The notes: a model not told the origin generated them from the sequence alone. A stretch of DNA of 64,000 bases from Corallochytrium limacisporum Hawaii (GCA_002811645.1 PDIP01000077.1:159086-223085); one strand, 5' to 3'. Positions 26,936 through 42,130 are shown, counted from the stretch's first letter. Program-made: numbers and translations.

Positions 26936-29900
26936 CTTTGAAGACAATGTCCCGCTAATGTAAAAGGAAGGTTTGTTTACGATCTACGTCATAAAAAGGT
27001 TTCTGCTTGTTTGGGTTCGATTACCCATATACCTTTCCGTCATCTCCGACAAGGACGCGTCAAAAAAAAGGAACTCAGCGGGTTGTCGCCCCCCAACAAT
27101 TCGTTCAATGTCTCTATGTGATAAAGGCCACTTCCTACGTCTCTCACACACAAGGTGCGAGAAACTTTTTTGGTTCTGGTCCGCGTATACGTGTGCTCTC
27201 TGTGTGTCGTGTCCTCCCTCCAATCTGCAATCATACTCCGCGTTTCACCTTTTATGTGTTCGTGTACACATCTAAGGAGTGGTTTTACTTTGTTTTCTGA
27301 GTTTCATTTTTTAACGCAAGGAAAAATTTGCTGGGTTTGGCCCCACCACGAAAATTTTCGTTCCTTTCCCCCCTCCCCCCTCCTTGTCCCCTGGCTCCCC
27401 TTTTCCCATTTCCCCCCCCCTCCCCAACCTGAAGGAATAAAATAAATTACCCACTAGAAGGAGAACAAATCAAAGAGGCAACAAGATACTAAAAAATGAA
27501 CAGCAACTGCGGTCTTGTCGCTTCCCCCCCTCCCCGGGGGAGGGGGGGAAGGGATACGGCCACCTGGTTTCCCCCATGTTGATGGTCCTGGACGGATCTG
27601 GGACGGCAAACCAATACAGCACTCTCTCGGCACAAGCAAAGTGGGAGCATCAAGCATGTGTAGGCCCGCATCATTGAGTGTTTCGTATCGTCAGAGCAGT
27701 AGAAGCGACTCGAGCAAAAGATACCCGAGGGGAAGGGGGAAAGACAACACGAAGGGGAAAGGGCAGGTTTTAGTAGGGTAGCTTCCGTAACGAAAGCGTC
27801 GACGCTTTACTAGGACACCAGCTGAGCTAATAGGGGTCCCCAAGAGGGCACGGAGAGAATAGTGCCGTCAGAGTCTGCCGAGAACATACAAATGTGGAGA
27901 GGGAAAGGATAAACACCCGACCCGGACAGGGACCTGGGGGAGAAAATTGACAGCAGGGTCAGAGGGAAATTGGGTACAATTCATTGGGCGGGGTGTGAAA
28001 TGCTGCTGCTGCGTTACTCCCAACCCTTTCCCATTCTTTCTTTGGTCACTCAGTGAACTGCCACTCTTCTGTTTATTCTTTGGTCGCTCTGATCCGCGGT
28101 TTGCTTGCCGGCACACCCTTTTTCTATCAAAAAGGCCCACCGAGAGAGACAGAGAGACACAATATAGAGAGAGTGAGAGATAGAGAGAGAGAGGGAGACT
28201 GTGTGGCAAGCACACGGTCGGAGACCACCATCGATCAGGAAATACTGGTCCACCTGTGAAACGGCGGAGAGAAAGCAACACACCAAAAGAGAAATATGCA
28301 ATTGTCATCATTCCTCTTTGCGTCACTATCGAGGGGCAATAGTTGGCCAATGCTCAAATTGGAGTGCGGCGCATCGGCTTGCTTCCGTGATTTGCTTCTG
28401 TCGCTTTTCCCCCGACCACCCCTTGGCTGGGTCTCGGCTCCACCCATTTTTTGCGACCCCCCCCCCCGGGGCCCTCCCCAACTCTCCCGCTGCATAGCGA
28501 GGACGGGTGGACATGTTTTCTAACTTTGGGTTCCAGTTATATACTCGAAGTTTTTTTCACTTCTTCGGCTCTTCTCCTCGTTCAACATCGTAATCAGAAT
28601 TAAAATTAAAGTGAGAGCTAAGACCTGCTAAAAAGAGGTAAAACTCCGAGTGCGTATTACGTATCCACATCCATCGGCGTACTAAACCCCCACCATCCAT
28701 CGTAAAAACAAATAGCAACAACGTCTCCATGTCTTTTTTTTCGTGTCCTTCCCCGAAAACCTGAGCCAAATTCTGAGGCTGAAGTGTATACACCTTGGTT
28801 CGTGGGTCGAAAAATCAATAGCAACCATCCAAGAGGAGACAGTGAAGTAATTTCCAGATAACCATACCACCGGTACCACCGTTGTCTAGTGGGCACTGGC
28901 TCGTGGTGTATTGACCATCTCCTTCAGACTTACGGATCTGCTTGCAGCGTAACAAGAGCGGCAAAAAAAGTGGGAGAAATTCCTATCATTCCATAGCTTG
29001 AAACTCAGAGCATTTGGTATGGTAAACTGGCCGGGAGGAACCATCATGGCTTACTGGACTGCTATGATCAATCGGATAAAAAATTGCATGGAAGAATCCT
29101 TGACAAAATCGGGACCGGCTGAGCGACCTCGATGCGGTTGCCAATATGCAAGCGTACCCTACTGGCGCGGCGCGTGCAAAGAGTTTTTTTTCCTCGTTTT
29201 GCGTTTTATGGCGCAGTCTGATCAAGGAAAAAAAAATAGCAAATGCGAAACAGAGAACAAGGCAAGGGAGTCCAAAGTGAGCGAAATATTGAGATGACAC
29301 CATGGTGCAGGCCCGTACGTACTTTGCGATGTCCATTTCCCTATGACTATCTCTGGATCCGCACTGCTTCCTCAGCGTATCAGGCGCGGTAATACATATC
29401 TCCGCGCTCGCGTAGACTAATTGCTATTGCGCAAAGGCTCACCGCACAACCCCAAGACCTTAGCTGGGTGGAAAAAGAGCCAACCATCATTCACTTCGGT
29501 CTCCACTCGATCGTGGTGGGTCCATTCCTCTACTTCTCGTGCAGCACTATCGACAAACACCCACGCATTTAACACCACTGAGACATCTGCTTACCGCGAT
29601 CGAGAAAGGGAGTGAAATGTATCGAGAATGCGGTACTGGTTGTCCATTTTCCTATTTCCCGGATGGTGGTGGCTCAATTTGCGGGGTTGCAATCTCTATA
29701 TTCCTCCTTTGGAACTCTGCGATGCTTTAATCGCGTGCCTGCCTCTTGTGCCCCTATCACTTCTTCTTTCATCCCTTCTTCATTCTTCTTCATTTTTGTT
29801 AGTCCTTGTACTTACTATTTCTTGTTTCTAAGCTGCGAGCGGAGGTTATACTTGGGCAAGGAGAGGTATAAGGCAATTTGTTATGGACCCAGTAATACTG

Positions 29901-32900
29901 TGGGCACCAGTACACAAGTCCCCAAGTTTTTTTTCGGCATCCAACGGTGTTGCTGTAGCAAGGAAAAGGTGACATTCTTGCAGCTGCTGTGGTGCGTATC
30001 TACACTTCAGCCATGTGCCCTCAGACTAATTTGGGTAACCCAGTTGGTCATAGAAAAAGTATGGCTCTGGGAACATTACCGTCGGTAATCTTCTCCAGGT
30101 GTATGTGCTGCCTGTCCTATGCACGAGCTTCTTCAGGCTATACGTACCGAGAACGGACGGTGTCGACACCGCAAAGCAGCCGACCCGAAAGATTGATATC
30201 GGTTAGTATTATTTGACAGACTGAAGAAAGGGAGCACAAGATCCCCATATATATTGACCATACGTAGGTTCGAGAAGAAAAGACCTGACGATAGTCAAGT
30301 CAGACACTCTGAAATCCACAGTGGAACAGGACAGATGTTGAGCGAGAATACAGGTCACGATAGCCCAATTTGAAAGAGCCGTTTTGAGAGCTTGAAAGTG
30401 TGCGATAACCCCACCCTGCCCACTGCGAAATGAATGAAAGAGGAGGGAACCGTCATATCAATTTACTGTCTATCGCGTTTTGATATAAAACCTGCTGTCC
30501 ACCGCGCCCTTGGTATTGCATCGGGCATTGAACACTGGTGTAGGCTCCTTTCTCTGTCCATATCCGTATTCTGCAAGCCTTGAAATTAATTCGATACTTA
30601 TGACTTAAGTATTCACTCTATAGTCGAACAGTATCAACTAACTATGAACGAAACGATCCTAAAACAGATCCGGCACCGGAGCAGGGCTGCTGCCACTACC
30701 ACCAAAGGAATTCTCTTGCGTCAGGCTTAATACAAGGCAAAACAATAGAAAAAGTGTGGCAGCATCTCATGCTTGTTACAGCGTTTTCCCGTGAGGACTG
30801 ATGGCCCGCCTGAGAGCGAGTATGATCCTAGATTAGTAGAAAAACATGAAATCTTAACGTCGTCAGTATGGATTTAGGTAGCATAGAGACCCCTCTGTCA
30901 ATCTTCGTTCCACCGGCGCAACCAAGTACCATTTTTGCCGCAAGGGTGCTTGCCAATGGGAGGGGGCACGGCTCACTAATGTAAATACAAAAATATACAC
31001 CCACAGTGAACTAGCGCATCCACCAAACACACTCCATCATCACCATCTTCTCAGATGACTCGTTTTGTATAATACCAAGTCCCCATCATGATGGATACCA
31101 TCTATAGATAAACTATATAAGTATATATTGGGAGCGGGTGCAAAATCTGTCTGTTGCGGTGTTATGGTGCGTGGATTGCCGCTGCACGGATGCAATAAGG
31201 ATCTCCGAGCTTTTGCACCAACACGACATACGAATTCAGCAATGACCTACTGACCGCGCAACAACTACCAACTTTTCCATTGCCATCTCTGATGTTTCTG
31301 TACGTTCCAGCCGGCTACTTGGGGCCAAGGAACGCAGCAGCATAGCGCTGTAGACCTAAGGCGAATGTTTGAAGCTCTCATCAGTGCCATACTGACGCTA
31401 TGGTGTAGTCGTCATCATCAATCATCAAACGCCCCTCCCCCCTCCTCTTCAATTCCGTCAACGAGAGGGCCTGTCATATACGTTTGCTACGTATGTGGAC
31501 GGAGTACCTAATCCAAGAGGGCACCTTCGTTTTGGTCGACCATCAACAGCACCCGACACAAAAAAAAACCCACTATACTTATCTATTCATTCCTAGTACC
31601 TTACACCACAGAGAGCGTCCGCCCATTGAGAAACCGGTTCACCTAGCCCTTGCGTTCAAACATAAGAAATTTATAGAGGGAGACGTCCTAGGTGTGGACA
31701 GCGGTGCTATGAAATCAATATGTTAGAGGGCGCCAAGTAGAGAACATGGGAACGCGTACTCTGATAGGCCGCCCCGTGTGGGTGTTCCTTATCCCATGGG
31801 AGACGTATGCAGGAATCTCCATCAAGCGCATACCAAAAAACAACAAAACTATTATCAGACAAAAGTAGTAGCAGTTAAGCACGCACAGCCCTCTCTTTCT
31901 TACTATGACAGCGTACCCCATCATTCCACATCGTCAACAACACCAACAAAACCCTCCGCAGCATGCAACATTCTGCTATCACCTATCGCACCTGACCAGG
32001 ACATCAACGCAAGCAAGTACCATATCGACAAACAACCACAACCCAACGAATATAAACTGTGTTCGAAATCGTCATCGTCCACCATCATCACCCTAACCAT
32101 CAACGGCAACCAAGTAGAGCCGTGTCGGAAATGGCTGGCGTCAAAGGGATGTGTAGGGGATGCAACAAACCTACACTCCCACCCACTGAGCCGGAGCCAA
32201 TTTGAATGCAAATTTTAATCACCAGAGCCTGCGTGTCAAAACAATTGTATGCCAGACGTAGCAGATTGACAACATTTTTTGTTCCACATACCTTCGCCGC
32301 CACCCCCAACCCCCATGTGAGAATTTCTTGGGATTCGTGTCCTTCATATCTCTGCCAACGGCTATCTCACCGCTTCTTTTTTCCCGTTGACTTTCTTTGT
32401 CCTTCCGCACCCCATCCAAATACAATCATCATCATAGGCTTTCATCGTGCGCCGTCATCATCGTTGATCGTCAGCAGGCAACCAAAGCTCTAATCTCTGC
32501 GTGCCACTAGGCGGCGGCATCGATCATAGGTACTTTTTCAATGAGGGTGCCACCAGACATTGAAATCATCTGTGTGGTTGGTTTGCCTTTCTCGCTTTTC
32601 TGTCCGAGTGAGCTCCACCGTCACCACCACAGTCACATTCACATAATCAAATGTGGACATCAACCTGCATGCAAGGGAAAAGCGACGTAAGGCCAATGCT
32701 CGTCAGTTTGGAAAGGTGTGGCAATAGGTTGGGGAGGCTTGCTGCTTTGGGATCTTGCGATCCGTCGGGGTCAGAGACAGGCGGCCGAGCCATCCAGGTC
32801 AGAGAGGGATTGGGGACATGCGAGAGAGAAGTGGAGCCGATGACAAAGAATCAGTGAGGGCGAGGATGGCGCATATCAACGGCGCTAGTGTTCCTCAACG

Positions 32901-35900
32901 GATGCTAATACTGATGGGCGGTAAGAAATCCCGTAGACGCCCGATATTTACGACCCCGAAGGATGAAGCAGCAGTAGCGGGTCATATGGAGACGGATACA
33001 GCACAGCAGAGGAATGGAGCAGAGAGCGTAGGAACGAATGAGCGGCGAGCGCGCGTCAGGCAACGACACCAACAACAACGCATCACAGACGCACCACACG
33101 ATTGCCACATCCCCTTCCTCCACCATGGCAAACAGTTGGCGGAACCCTCACCAAAGGGCCGCGGGTGCTGCTACTAGTGAAACATAGGTGTGACGGTCCT
33201 CTACAGTAGGGATCTTTGAGACATAGGCACATGCCGCAACGCACGACAGAATCCTACCGCCTTAGAGAAGTATTGGCAGCAGAGTGAGACACCTACACAC
33301 AATGAGCGGCACCACATACATAGCAAGCAAATGACAGCTTGGGAAGACTACAAAACACGACTGGACAAAAGAAGTCAGGGAAGGGGTCTTAGATAACGGA
33401 AGGAAGAGCAGGGAGGGGAGGGGATCGGTTTGCGGAGATATCATACTTAGACAGATAGTGTGAAGGACATGACCGTTGCATATGAACGAGCGCCACTCCC
33501 AGTCCTCCACTTGACGTTCTGTGCATCTTTGGCAAAGATGGTTTCGGTGGTCCGAGCACTGGTGACGACTAAGCCCACAGAGGAAACGAATGAAACCAAA
33601 AGGAAACACAGAGAACAGACAGAGAGAGCCAGCACGCGAGGCGCGCGCCCCTTGTGCCGCTGCGTAGGCGGGATGGCTACAGTATGCCTTACTGCCCGAT
33701 AGTTTCATCCATTTTTCAGTCGACGCTCTCTGGAGACAAATGGAATGTCCGGAGCTCCAGTTCTCGTAGGTCACCGATAGGATCTCCTCCGTCCTCTCCC
33801 ATCTCCACTTTAGTGTTGCGGCACAAGACCATGGAAGCCTATCCAATTTTGATCTTGGCGTGTGTCGTCACATCTGTGGACGACCCCTTTTGCTTTGCCA
33901 CCGCACACGAATGGAGACACTTTCTTACTTGCTAAGGGTTCTTTTCTTGGTATTATTGTGAACAATTAACAAGAGTGTGTTGTGCTGTTGTTGGGTTTGG
34001 TGTGCGGGTGCATGTCTCATTCGTTTCTGTTCGACGTCTATCCTTGCGATGAACCGACAGAGGAACTCAGTAGCAAGCGGCCAATTACTACTCTTATCGT
34101 TGGTCGTGCTAAACGACGAGGACAACGAAACGAATATGTGCACAAGGCGGGAGCGACCGACCCCTGCGACCGACCACATGGCACAACCTCTTCTTCGCCC
34201 TCTTCGGTGTCGTTGCCGTCCACAAGAATACCCCCTCCGGACCCCCCTTCTGGCTTTCCGCACTTAATTTCCACCATACAAACACATCACGCGACGCGCC
34301 CGCCATATTCGCACCACCCATTCAATTCCCCCCGTGACACACACACCCGTCTTGGAATTAATTGTTGGACCATGTTTACACTTATTTGCCATCACTTTGA
34401 TATCTGTGGATGGTAGTGGACGGTCCTGATTGATAGAAGGTGACTATGAAAAAATAGATTACTCTCCGTTCGTGTCTCCCGCGATTGGGGTGCCGACGTG
34501 GCCTGTGTGATTGTGTATATAAGTCGGATAAGAGTGATAGTATAGTGAACAATAACCATTGTATGTGCATAGCGAAGGTGAATTGGAGGTGGGCAATCTG
34601 GGTCAGGGATCTATCCCTCTTTAGGGTGTAAACCCACTGTGGCTCTATCTCCAAGTCTCACACACGCCATAACCAAAAAAAGGCCTGCAGCCACATCTTT
34701 ATTGACTGGTGAAACTCTGTTCTTTGTCTCTCTCTCGGCTTCCCCATCCACGTAACTTTGCCTTTTTCACCTCTCACCTTGCTCCTTTCGGTTTCTGCAT
34801 TGTAGCAGTACAGAAGCTCGATGACTTTCTTTAGTCCGTCTCGAGTGGTGCAGTTCTCTTGTCGTCAAAATTCACCGGTTTCTTGAGACAAATTTAGGTT
34901 CCCTTGTCCGACCCCACCCCGCCTTTTTTGGCTCTTGCTCTCCTGCTGTGGTTGATGAGTGCGTGAAGTCTTAACCATTTTCGGCTTGCTTCCGCCTTCC
35001 CTCCTTTTAATGATTTTCATAGCTATGCTTCGAGTGGTGAGCAATTATCTGGGGCGGGCAGAAGGGGAGGGAGGGGGGGGAGGGGAGGGCAGAGGGTTTG
35101 GTTTGCTTCCCAATGGGCCCCCCACCAGCTCCTTTGTCTTGGACACCGAAACAGACGAAGTTACTGATTGGTGGTAGGTTTGATGTGTCGCCTTCTTTAA
35201 TCGGTTGCTGTGAAATTGTGGTCAACAGCGACATCTGCGCGTATTTGCTCCAGCCCACCACCGTCCAGGGGCGTACGTATGCTGTTGACTTGCTAGCCCG
35301 AATATTCACGACGTACCTAGGACTAACCCTATTCCGTTTTACGTGTTGTTGCCGGCCACATGGAAGAACGCAGCCGCAGTAATCGCCACTAAGTTGCAAT
35401 AATTGTGTATTACTTTAGTATTTGGTGGATACATATTATCAAAACGATGAACGATGGAACCCCCCTGGATGGGGTCCGAGTACTCTCCTGGGTCGGTCTG
35501 TTCCATTTGGTGAATAAGCTTCAAAACAATGGGGTGTCCTGGTGCGCTGTCAAATTCCTTTTGTTGCGCGGCTCATGGCCCCGCACACAGTCGGTAAAAA
35601 CATCATGATCATACTTCTTTGCCCCTTTTGTATCCTTGGGCCTTCACAATTGTGAAACTAAGGGACGTACGTTGGGCCATGAACGCTAATTTAAATTCTA
35701 ATACTCCAAGAAAGATATTCTGACTCTCTTATTGCTAAACAAATATGCCATAGAAAGTAAACGACCTTTATCCAGCCGACATATTCCTCTCGTCTGGGCT
35801 GCTGCTTCATACATTGTGAATGAATACTATCTAGGAGGCCATGTGTCTTTGTTGCAAGGGCTTTCTAGTTGAAATAAATACGTCACCCTACTTAAGTGCT

Positions 35901-38900
35901 GAGTTGTTCATTTTTCTCCGCTCACAACAAATAGGCGTTGTATAAAGAGATCTATCCCCAGCACCCTAGGAGATCATTTGCACAGTGTCCCACACTGTGT
36001 CAACTTTGACTTGTTTTGGTCGTATAGGAAGGTGATGCAACAAATGATGATGTTGTGACGATGTCGCCATAGAGTTTCTCGCCAGCCATCCAGTCCCCCC
36101 TGCAAACAGGTAAACAAGTTGCACACAAGCAAAACACAGGTTTTTTTTTCCTGCACTGCCGCATTCTGATCTCACTTCCGTGTGTGGCACCAATTGCAGG
36201 ATGTCACTCATCGAAGACCCTTTCTTTGCAGTCTGAGGCAATGACCAAACCGATGACGAAACAGATAACATTCGGTGACCCTTGGTGGTTCTGCGCCTTG
36301 AATGCGGCAAAGCGGTCAGCCGGCAGCAGACATATTCCTCACCATTTTTCCGCCACAGAAACAGCTTGCAGGAGGGGTGGGGGGAGAGACGTAGACTGCC
36401 GATGTGTACCGCTGTACACAATAAAACTACGACTATGAAATGAATGATTGTTGCATCATGGAATTCTGGAACTGATGATGCAATGGAAGACGAGGAATGA
36501 GCGATTTTTATAGATAGTACACACGCACCCCAGGCCATAATCAATCTGTACTAGATGTCTAGTCATCAGCGTCTTAAGTTGTCGGGAACGCGTTAACGGC
36601 CTTTGGATATTTCTGGCAAGCAGCGCTTTGGAAATAGCAAACCGGGCAAAATACACTGGAAGCAAACCACGTCCGAGATTCGATATAGGGCTACTATTTC
36701 GAGGACGCGCAAAGAAAGTGTTTGTTTTGGACATTAGAGGAAACCTTGGACATAACGGAGGCAGAGTCTGACTGGGAAGGACCAATATGAAGAGAAAAAG
36801 TAAATAACGGTCAGTGAACGTCATTAAGATCCTATTCAAAACTAGCCTTGCTTTCTTCAGAACTGAGAACCGTTCTGACCAGAGCCCTGCTCAGGCAATA
36901 GTGAATGGTTTTCATTAATTTCTTTGGTGAATGGCAGCAAACCGGACTTGGAATTTGACATGACTCAGACGCGGGTTCGTAGGCGATCACATGAATGTAC
37001 TACAACCAACGTTACAACAAAGTGAACATCATATCTGCAGACAGCGGCTGTAGAGAATTTAGCAGTCTCACAAACTTTTGTTAGAATGTGAAAAAATGCT
37101 GCTATCAGCACAGTAGATGGTGAGCGGACACACCCTTTAGAGTGGGAGCCGTGGACAGGTGCTGCAGTGCAAGTCGTAAGATAAGGCTACCAGCACCACC
37201 ACCTGTCGGCTGCCTGTGGAACATCCGCGTTGTACTGTTCTAGGACGTCATTTGGTTCTGATGCGGCACTTCGTGAATACGAGCGCAGTTTGGCAGCGCG
37301 TTCTGCAGAGAGAGGCAACCGCATACGAAGACAGTTGAAGCACAAAGACGAAAGAGAGGTTTACTGTCCGGTGTTGAGGTCTTTTTTGTGATACCAAGCG
37401 ATGAAACGAAGATCGGATGCTTGGGGAAAGGAAGGGATGTCCGACACGGTGACGAACAAAATGAAGATGATGACGAAACCGCACGCACTGTTACCGCATA
37501 CGACGACAACGCTTAAAGAAATCCTAACCGGGCACCTAGCATTGGTATTTTTTTGAGACATTGTTCCTTCATCGCCTTGAGCGAGACACTTCCGGTTGGT
37601 TTGTGAAGGAGAACCAGGATACAAACTTATATTGAACCCACCGGCCCCATGGCAGCTAACAAAATACCCACTTCCGAAGGAGCGGAAGTGTCCGTCTCAG
37701 CTATCTTCCCTAACTTTACTGATGAGGATTATCGCCTCACGCACGCACGCAGAGGAACTATACCTACCGGACGTGCGCGAGCATCCAAAACACATGGTAA
37801 AGAAGGTTCTCGTCTGTATCGTATACTGGCCGTTCTGGTAGTGTCGGATTTGGAGGATGGGGAACCTGGAAGCGGTGAAGGGTTCCGCTGGTGTCTGTGA
37901 CGATAAAGCTGACGCAATCGATGCACCAAAGAAGGCTGCTAGTATCCAACGAACACACCTCTCACCTCGTCAAAATGACGGCAATTGTTAGAGACGCAGG
38001 TGCGAGTGTATATTCTCGCTGTAGATTCCATTTACTTCCTAACCAATCACTCACCGCAACCAGATCGGCAGCAACGGTTATTTTACGGTCCTCATACAAC
38101 CACCCCCGTGGACGGCACCCGCGCTCAATTCCCAGCATACTACTGATTGAGCCCATTTTCCAGGTGGGAAACCTGCACTTGGGCCCACCGGACTTGTTGC
38201 ATGTGTCGTGTCCGATAGATGCCTGTGGTGTCCTTTGCACGCTTGGCGCAGTTGGGTATGGTCAGAACGGCCGTGTGATAGGTAGAGAAAAGTGAACCCA
38301 CCGGGAACCAAGCAGCCCGTGGACCATCTCTGACCATACGCTTCCGGAACAAACTGAAATCGGTCGGATCTAAACAGCTGTCAAAGGTGTAAGCTCCCTT
38401 CGGAATGAGAGGCCGTAATAAATGTATGTATACAGATAGCAAGCGTTCACGTACTGCCGTACCATGTAATTCACTAATTAGCAGCAGTCACCGCTAGCAG
38501 GTTTTCTTTTTTAGTGGCTTTTCTTGTCTGATGCTCGCGGCTGCAAAGAAGAAGACCAATGGAACATCCAACTTCAACATGCATGCATGCTACCTTCCCG
38601 AAGTTCAGAGCGCGAGGAAAGATTGTTGTCATCAAACATCCCAAGTACCTGCCCCCGCACAAAGAGCCAGAACCGGGTCTTCTGACGCGACACTTGTGGA
38701 CGTCTGCCCTTGAGAGACATACCCCGAGATTCCGCTCTCGCTCCGGCCTTCGAATTCGTTGTTTTTTGGGCGAATGCTTGGAGATGCTCCTGTATTTTTT
38801 CCACCGCTGCTGCGCTACCGTTTCTCAGTCTCGATAAGTGGCCTTAACCCCTTCCAAGAAAAGCAGTGAGCTTGCTCGACCGTTCTATCTATGGCTATTG

Positions 38901-41900
38901 CATTCTGCATTATTTCTATATAGGGTGGCCTGCCCCGCGCGGAAAACGGAGGAGGGATCAGACAATGGGTTGTTCAGCGTCTGCAGGGTCCATTGCTCAA
39001 CAGCTAACTAAAAGTCTAAGGTTTCCGTGTGACGTTGACGTACTTCGCTACTACCAGGAAGGCATGGACATCCAAGAATCAATGGCGGTCCCTCGCAGGA
39101 GGAGGAAGAGGACGGCCAGCAATGCTTGGAAGGAGAGGGTGGGGTTGTTGTCCAACGACCTCTCATCATGGTGCTATCTCTTGCCAGTCTGGCCTTACTG
39201 GCCGGCACCCCTGCACTAAGGTTTACATGTTCTAGGATCCAACAGGAACCAGTGATGCCATATAGTGGCTTCATCGAGCTACAGACGTAGATCCAATCAT
39301 TCCACCATTGTCTTCAGCTAAGCAAGACCCACACCTATCATCATCGGCTCATCTGTGGCGCGCGCATGAGGGACGGATGCATCTGGTATCCCCAACTCCT
39401 ACCTAGACACAAAGAAGGAGGAGACTTCGTCACCTGTTGTATCCACAGTGCATCAAACATCCAACGGCCACCTCACAAACCAGGGTACTCGCCCCGCTGC
39501 CCCATCGAACTGAGACCTTCTACGAGCCGTGCTTTGTGAATCGCCTGCATTTTGCATACTTAGTTGCGACTCGGTCTCTTTGTCTTTTCATCTAACAACA
39601 TTCCACGAAGTGTCGCCACCGCGTCACATGCCAAGCCACGCTTCGGTTCGATGTGAATATGGGGATACGTATGCAGGAGCGACGGGAAGGGGCCGTTCCA
39701 CACGTCGACCGCGCATCCATGTGCCTGATTCCTGCCATCACAGGCCCATCGCACCATGACCATATACTCACTATCTCGTTGTATACACCATCCGAAGGAA
39801 CCAAACCTCTCTCATGAGCAAATCGCGTAGTGCCATGCACATCTGGTTAGCCCTGCATGCGGTGTGCAGCTCCCGTGACTGCAGCGTGTCTCCACTTCAC
39901 CGTGGAATTGTGTTGTCATCGCGTCCACTCTATTACTCCGGTCCGCGCGGTGACGTTCGCAGAAACAGATTTGATTCCACTTCGAATATCGGCTTTGTGT
40001 GTTCACAACGAAGCGACGGTTACGTAGAGTGTAATTTCCAGGCATACGCCTTCCCTCGTCCCCAGAATGCAGGCCAAGAAAATACCAACCGCGCCGATGG
40101 GATCTTAATATGTGCTGGGAAAAAAACTCCTGGGTTGTTCTCAGCTGTTGTTCTGTATAGTGAGTCGCTTTCGGATCTTATTCTAAAAACGTGACGTAGA
40201 AAATCTTCCATACGAAGCACATAATCCTTCGATTCCCACTTGGAAGTGCACTGCGGTCACACGGCCACAGCTCGTCTCGACTCGATGGTGAATCCAAATC
40301 GGTACATTTTGTACCGACAATGAGTCGTGTCTAGGTTACTCTCGGACGTTTTCTCGCTTAAGCCCTCACTGTGTCCTTAGCGAGGTTGCGCGCTACTTGC
40401 GCCCCGCTTGCCACACAATGGCATGCATTCCACATCATAGGGCCTTGATGATCAGGACTGACTTCATGTTAACGTCAGCGTATACGTGTTGCTGCATAGG
40501 ATGATCATACTTCTCACTCTTCTGTCCACACCGGAGTCAAGATACCGTATGCTACTCCCGCAACCAGCGGGATCGCTTCCATCATCCTATTCAATGAGTC
40601 ATAGAAGATGTTGTCGAACCAGTCAGTGAAAATACAAGCATGCAAGTTTTTGGTGTGGTTCTAGGGTGGTCGGCGCATCCATTTCCGCTCTAGATGCGAC
40701 ATCCATGGCTGAATATTTTGGTTCTTAGACTTCCATCTTCAGCTGCTATCTTCCTGCCGCCAAGATCTCTCACCCTTCAGTTCACCGACCGAAGATGGCA
40801 CAGGATAGATTATATGATTTTAATCAGATTTGTTTTCCGTTGCCCAACACGAAGCGCATAATAGTATTGGAAAGGCCACCCAATGGGTTAGGTGATCAGT
40901 TTATGTGAGAACATTTGAGAACCCTCCCCGCTATGCGCGGGGCGACCGGTCTACCCCAGGGGGTGAATGAATATTTGGTCAACGAAGAAACGTGCAGCGA
41001 GTTCAGCAGCTCATATAGTGACGGAACTGCGTTCGGACGGGACGAGGTTGACGGAACCGAAACCGTCCGGAAGCGGTGCCTGATCCACGGCTTTACGGGA
41101 TTTCTTCTTCCACGGTGACTCCGTGCTTAATGGTCTTCGTGGACTTTGGCGTCATGCAGCGGCGGCTGGTCTTCCGATTTCTGGGCTGTTACACTTTTCG
41201 CAGGACTGCGCATAGGCTTGATAGCTGTGATCGCAAACGGCATATCACCCCGTTCTTCCTGCCTGCGCATCGTACGGCTCAGTTCCTCAAGGGTTAAGCA
41301 GGAAAGGTCCGTGCCGACCTGGACATGTCAAAATTTTACTTCTGTCGAGAACTGAGGGACACTTTCCGTTTCTGTGTATAAGATGGTGCATACGACTGAT
41401 GCCCGTGCAAGTACGAGCCTGCATCACCAACAGTACCCCACCGATATCGACCATCCCCAGAGGGAGGAACACAGATATTGGCACTCCAACGATTTCAGCA
41501 ATGCAGGTAAAGGACTACGATCCACGTATACAGGATCAACGAGCCACACGAAAGCGAACTAACTGCGACATGGTGTATCAAAATATGAAGCAAATGGAAT
41601 CGAACACTTCCTTTTTTTTTTTTGCGCGTTCTGGGCAGAGTATTCTGTCCGGTCCTTTTCCTTACTTTTTCCTCCTGGCTCCGAGAAGCGGATTGAACTT
41701 TGGGGGGGGGGGGGCCGGCGCCAATTGGGAAGTTGTGAGCCAGCCAGGGCCGGTGTAGCTTGCCTGCCAGGTTCCCCGCGTTTTTGAGCAGCCTCTGGTC
41801 CCTTGCTCCCAACCCCGGAACCCTCCGCCTGAGAGCCACCGATGGTTGCGCCGGTGGTAGTGGGTTCCGGTCCCCGCTGTTGGTCTGGAGGAGGTACAAT

Positions 41901-42130
41901 GTGTTGCGGTACGTGACGTTCTCGTGCTTGGTTCACGGAGGCTCTCCCATTTTCTTGGGTGGAAAGTGAGAAACGACACAGTAACATCTTATCTGGTAAT
42001 TCTAAGTTGGTACTTTATGTTGACCATGGAGCTAACAGCAATTTTTGTGTGTGAGCGGTAAACGTGGACTGGGCAACTGCTGCTATTCTCAGCCATGCAC
42101 TGGGAGGGATCCCGTTTGTGAAATCAAATA

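Noticed and set aside
27010-27030. GGTTCGATT T-loop-like motif (also near 2351 and 24728)
   Set aside because: No cloverleaf, D arm or acceptor stem; not tRNAs.
40915-41562. Three short ORFs in the same frame separated by stops
   Set aside because: Mixed TGA/TAA stops and no recognisable homology; insufficient for a pseudogene or recoding call.
41966-42092. Possible 5'UTR introns for muskelin (GCTAAC at 42031); similar weak candidates before ITFG2, CPOX and the unknown gene
   Set aside because: Some signals are present but donor/acceptor pairing is ambiguous, so they are not listed as features.
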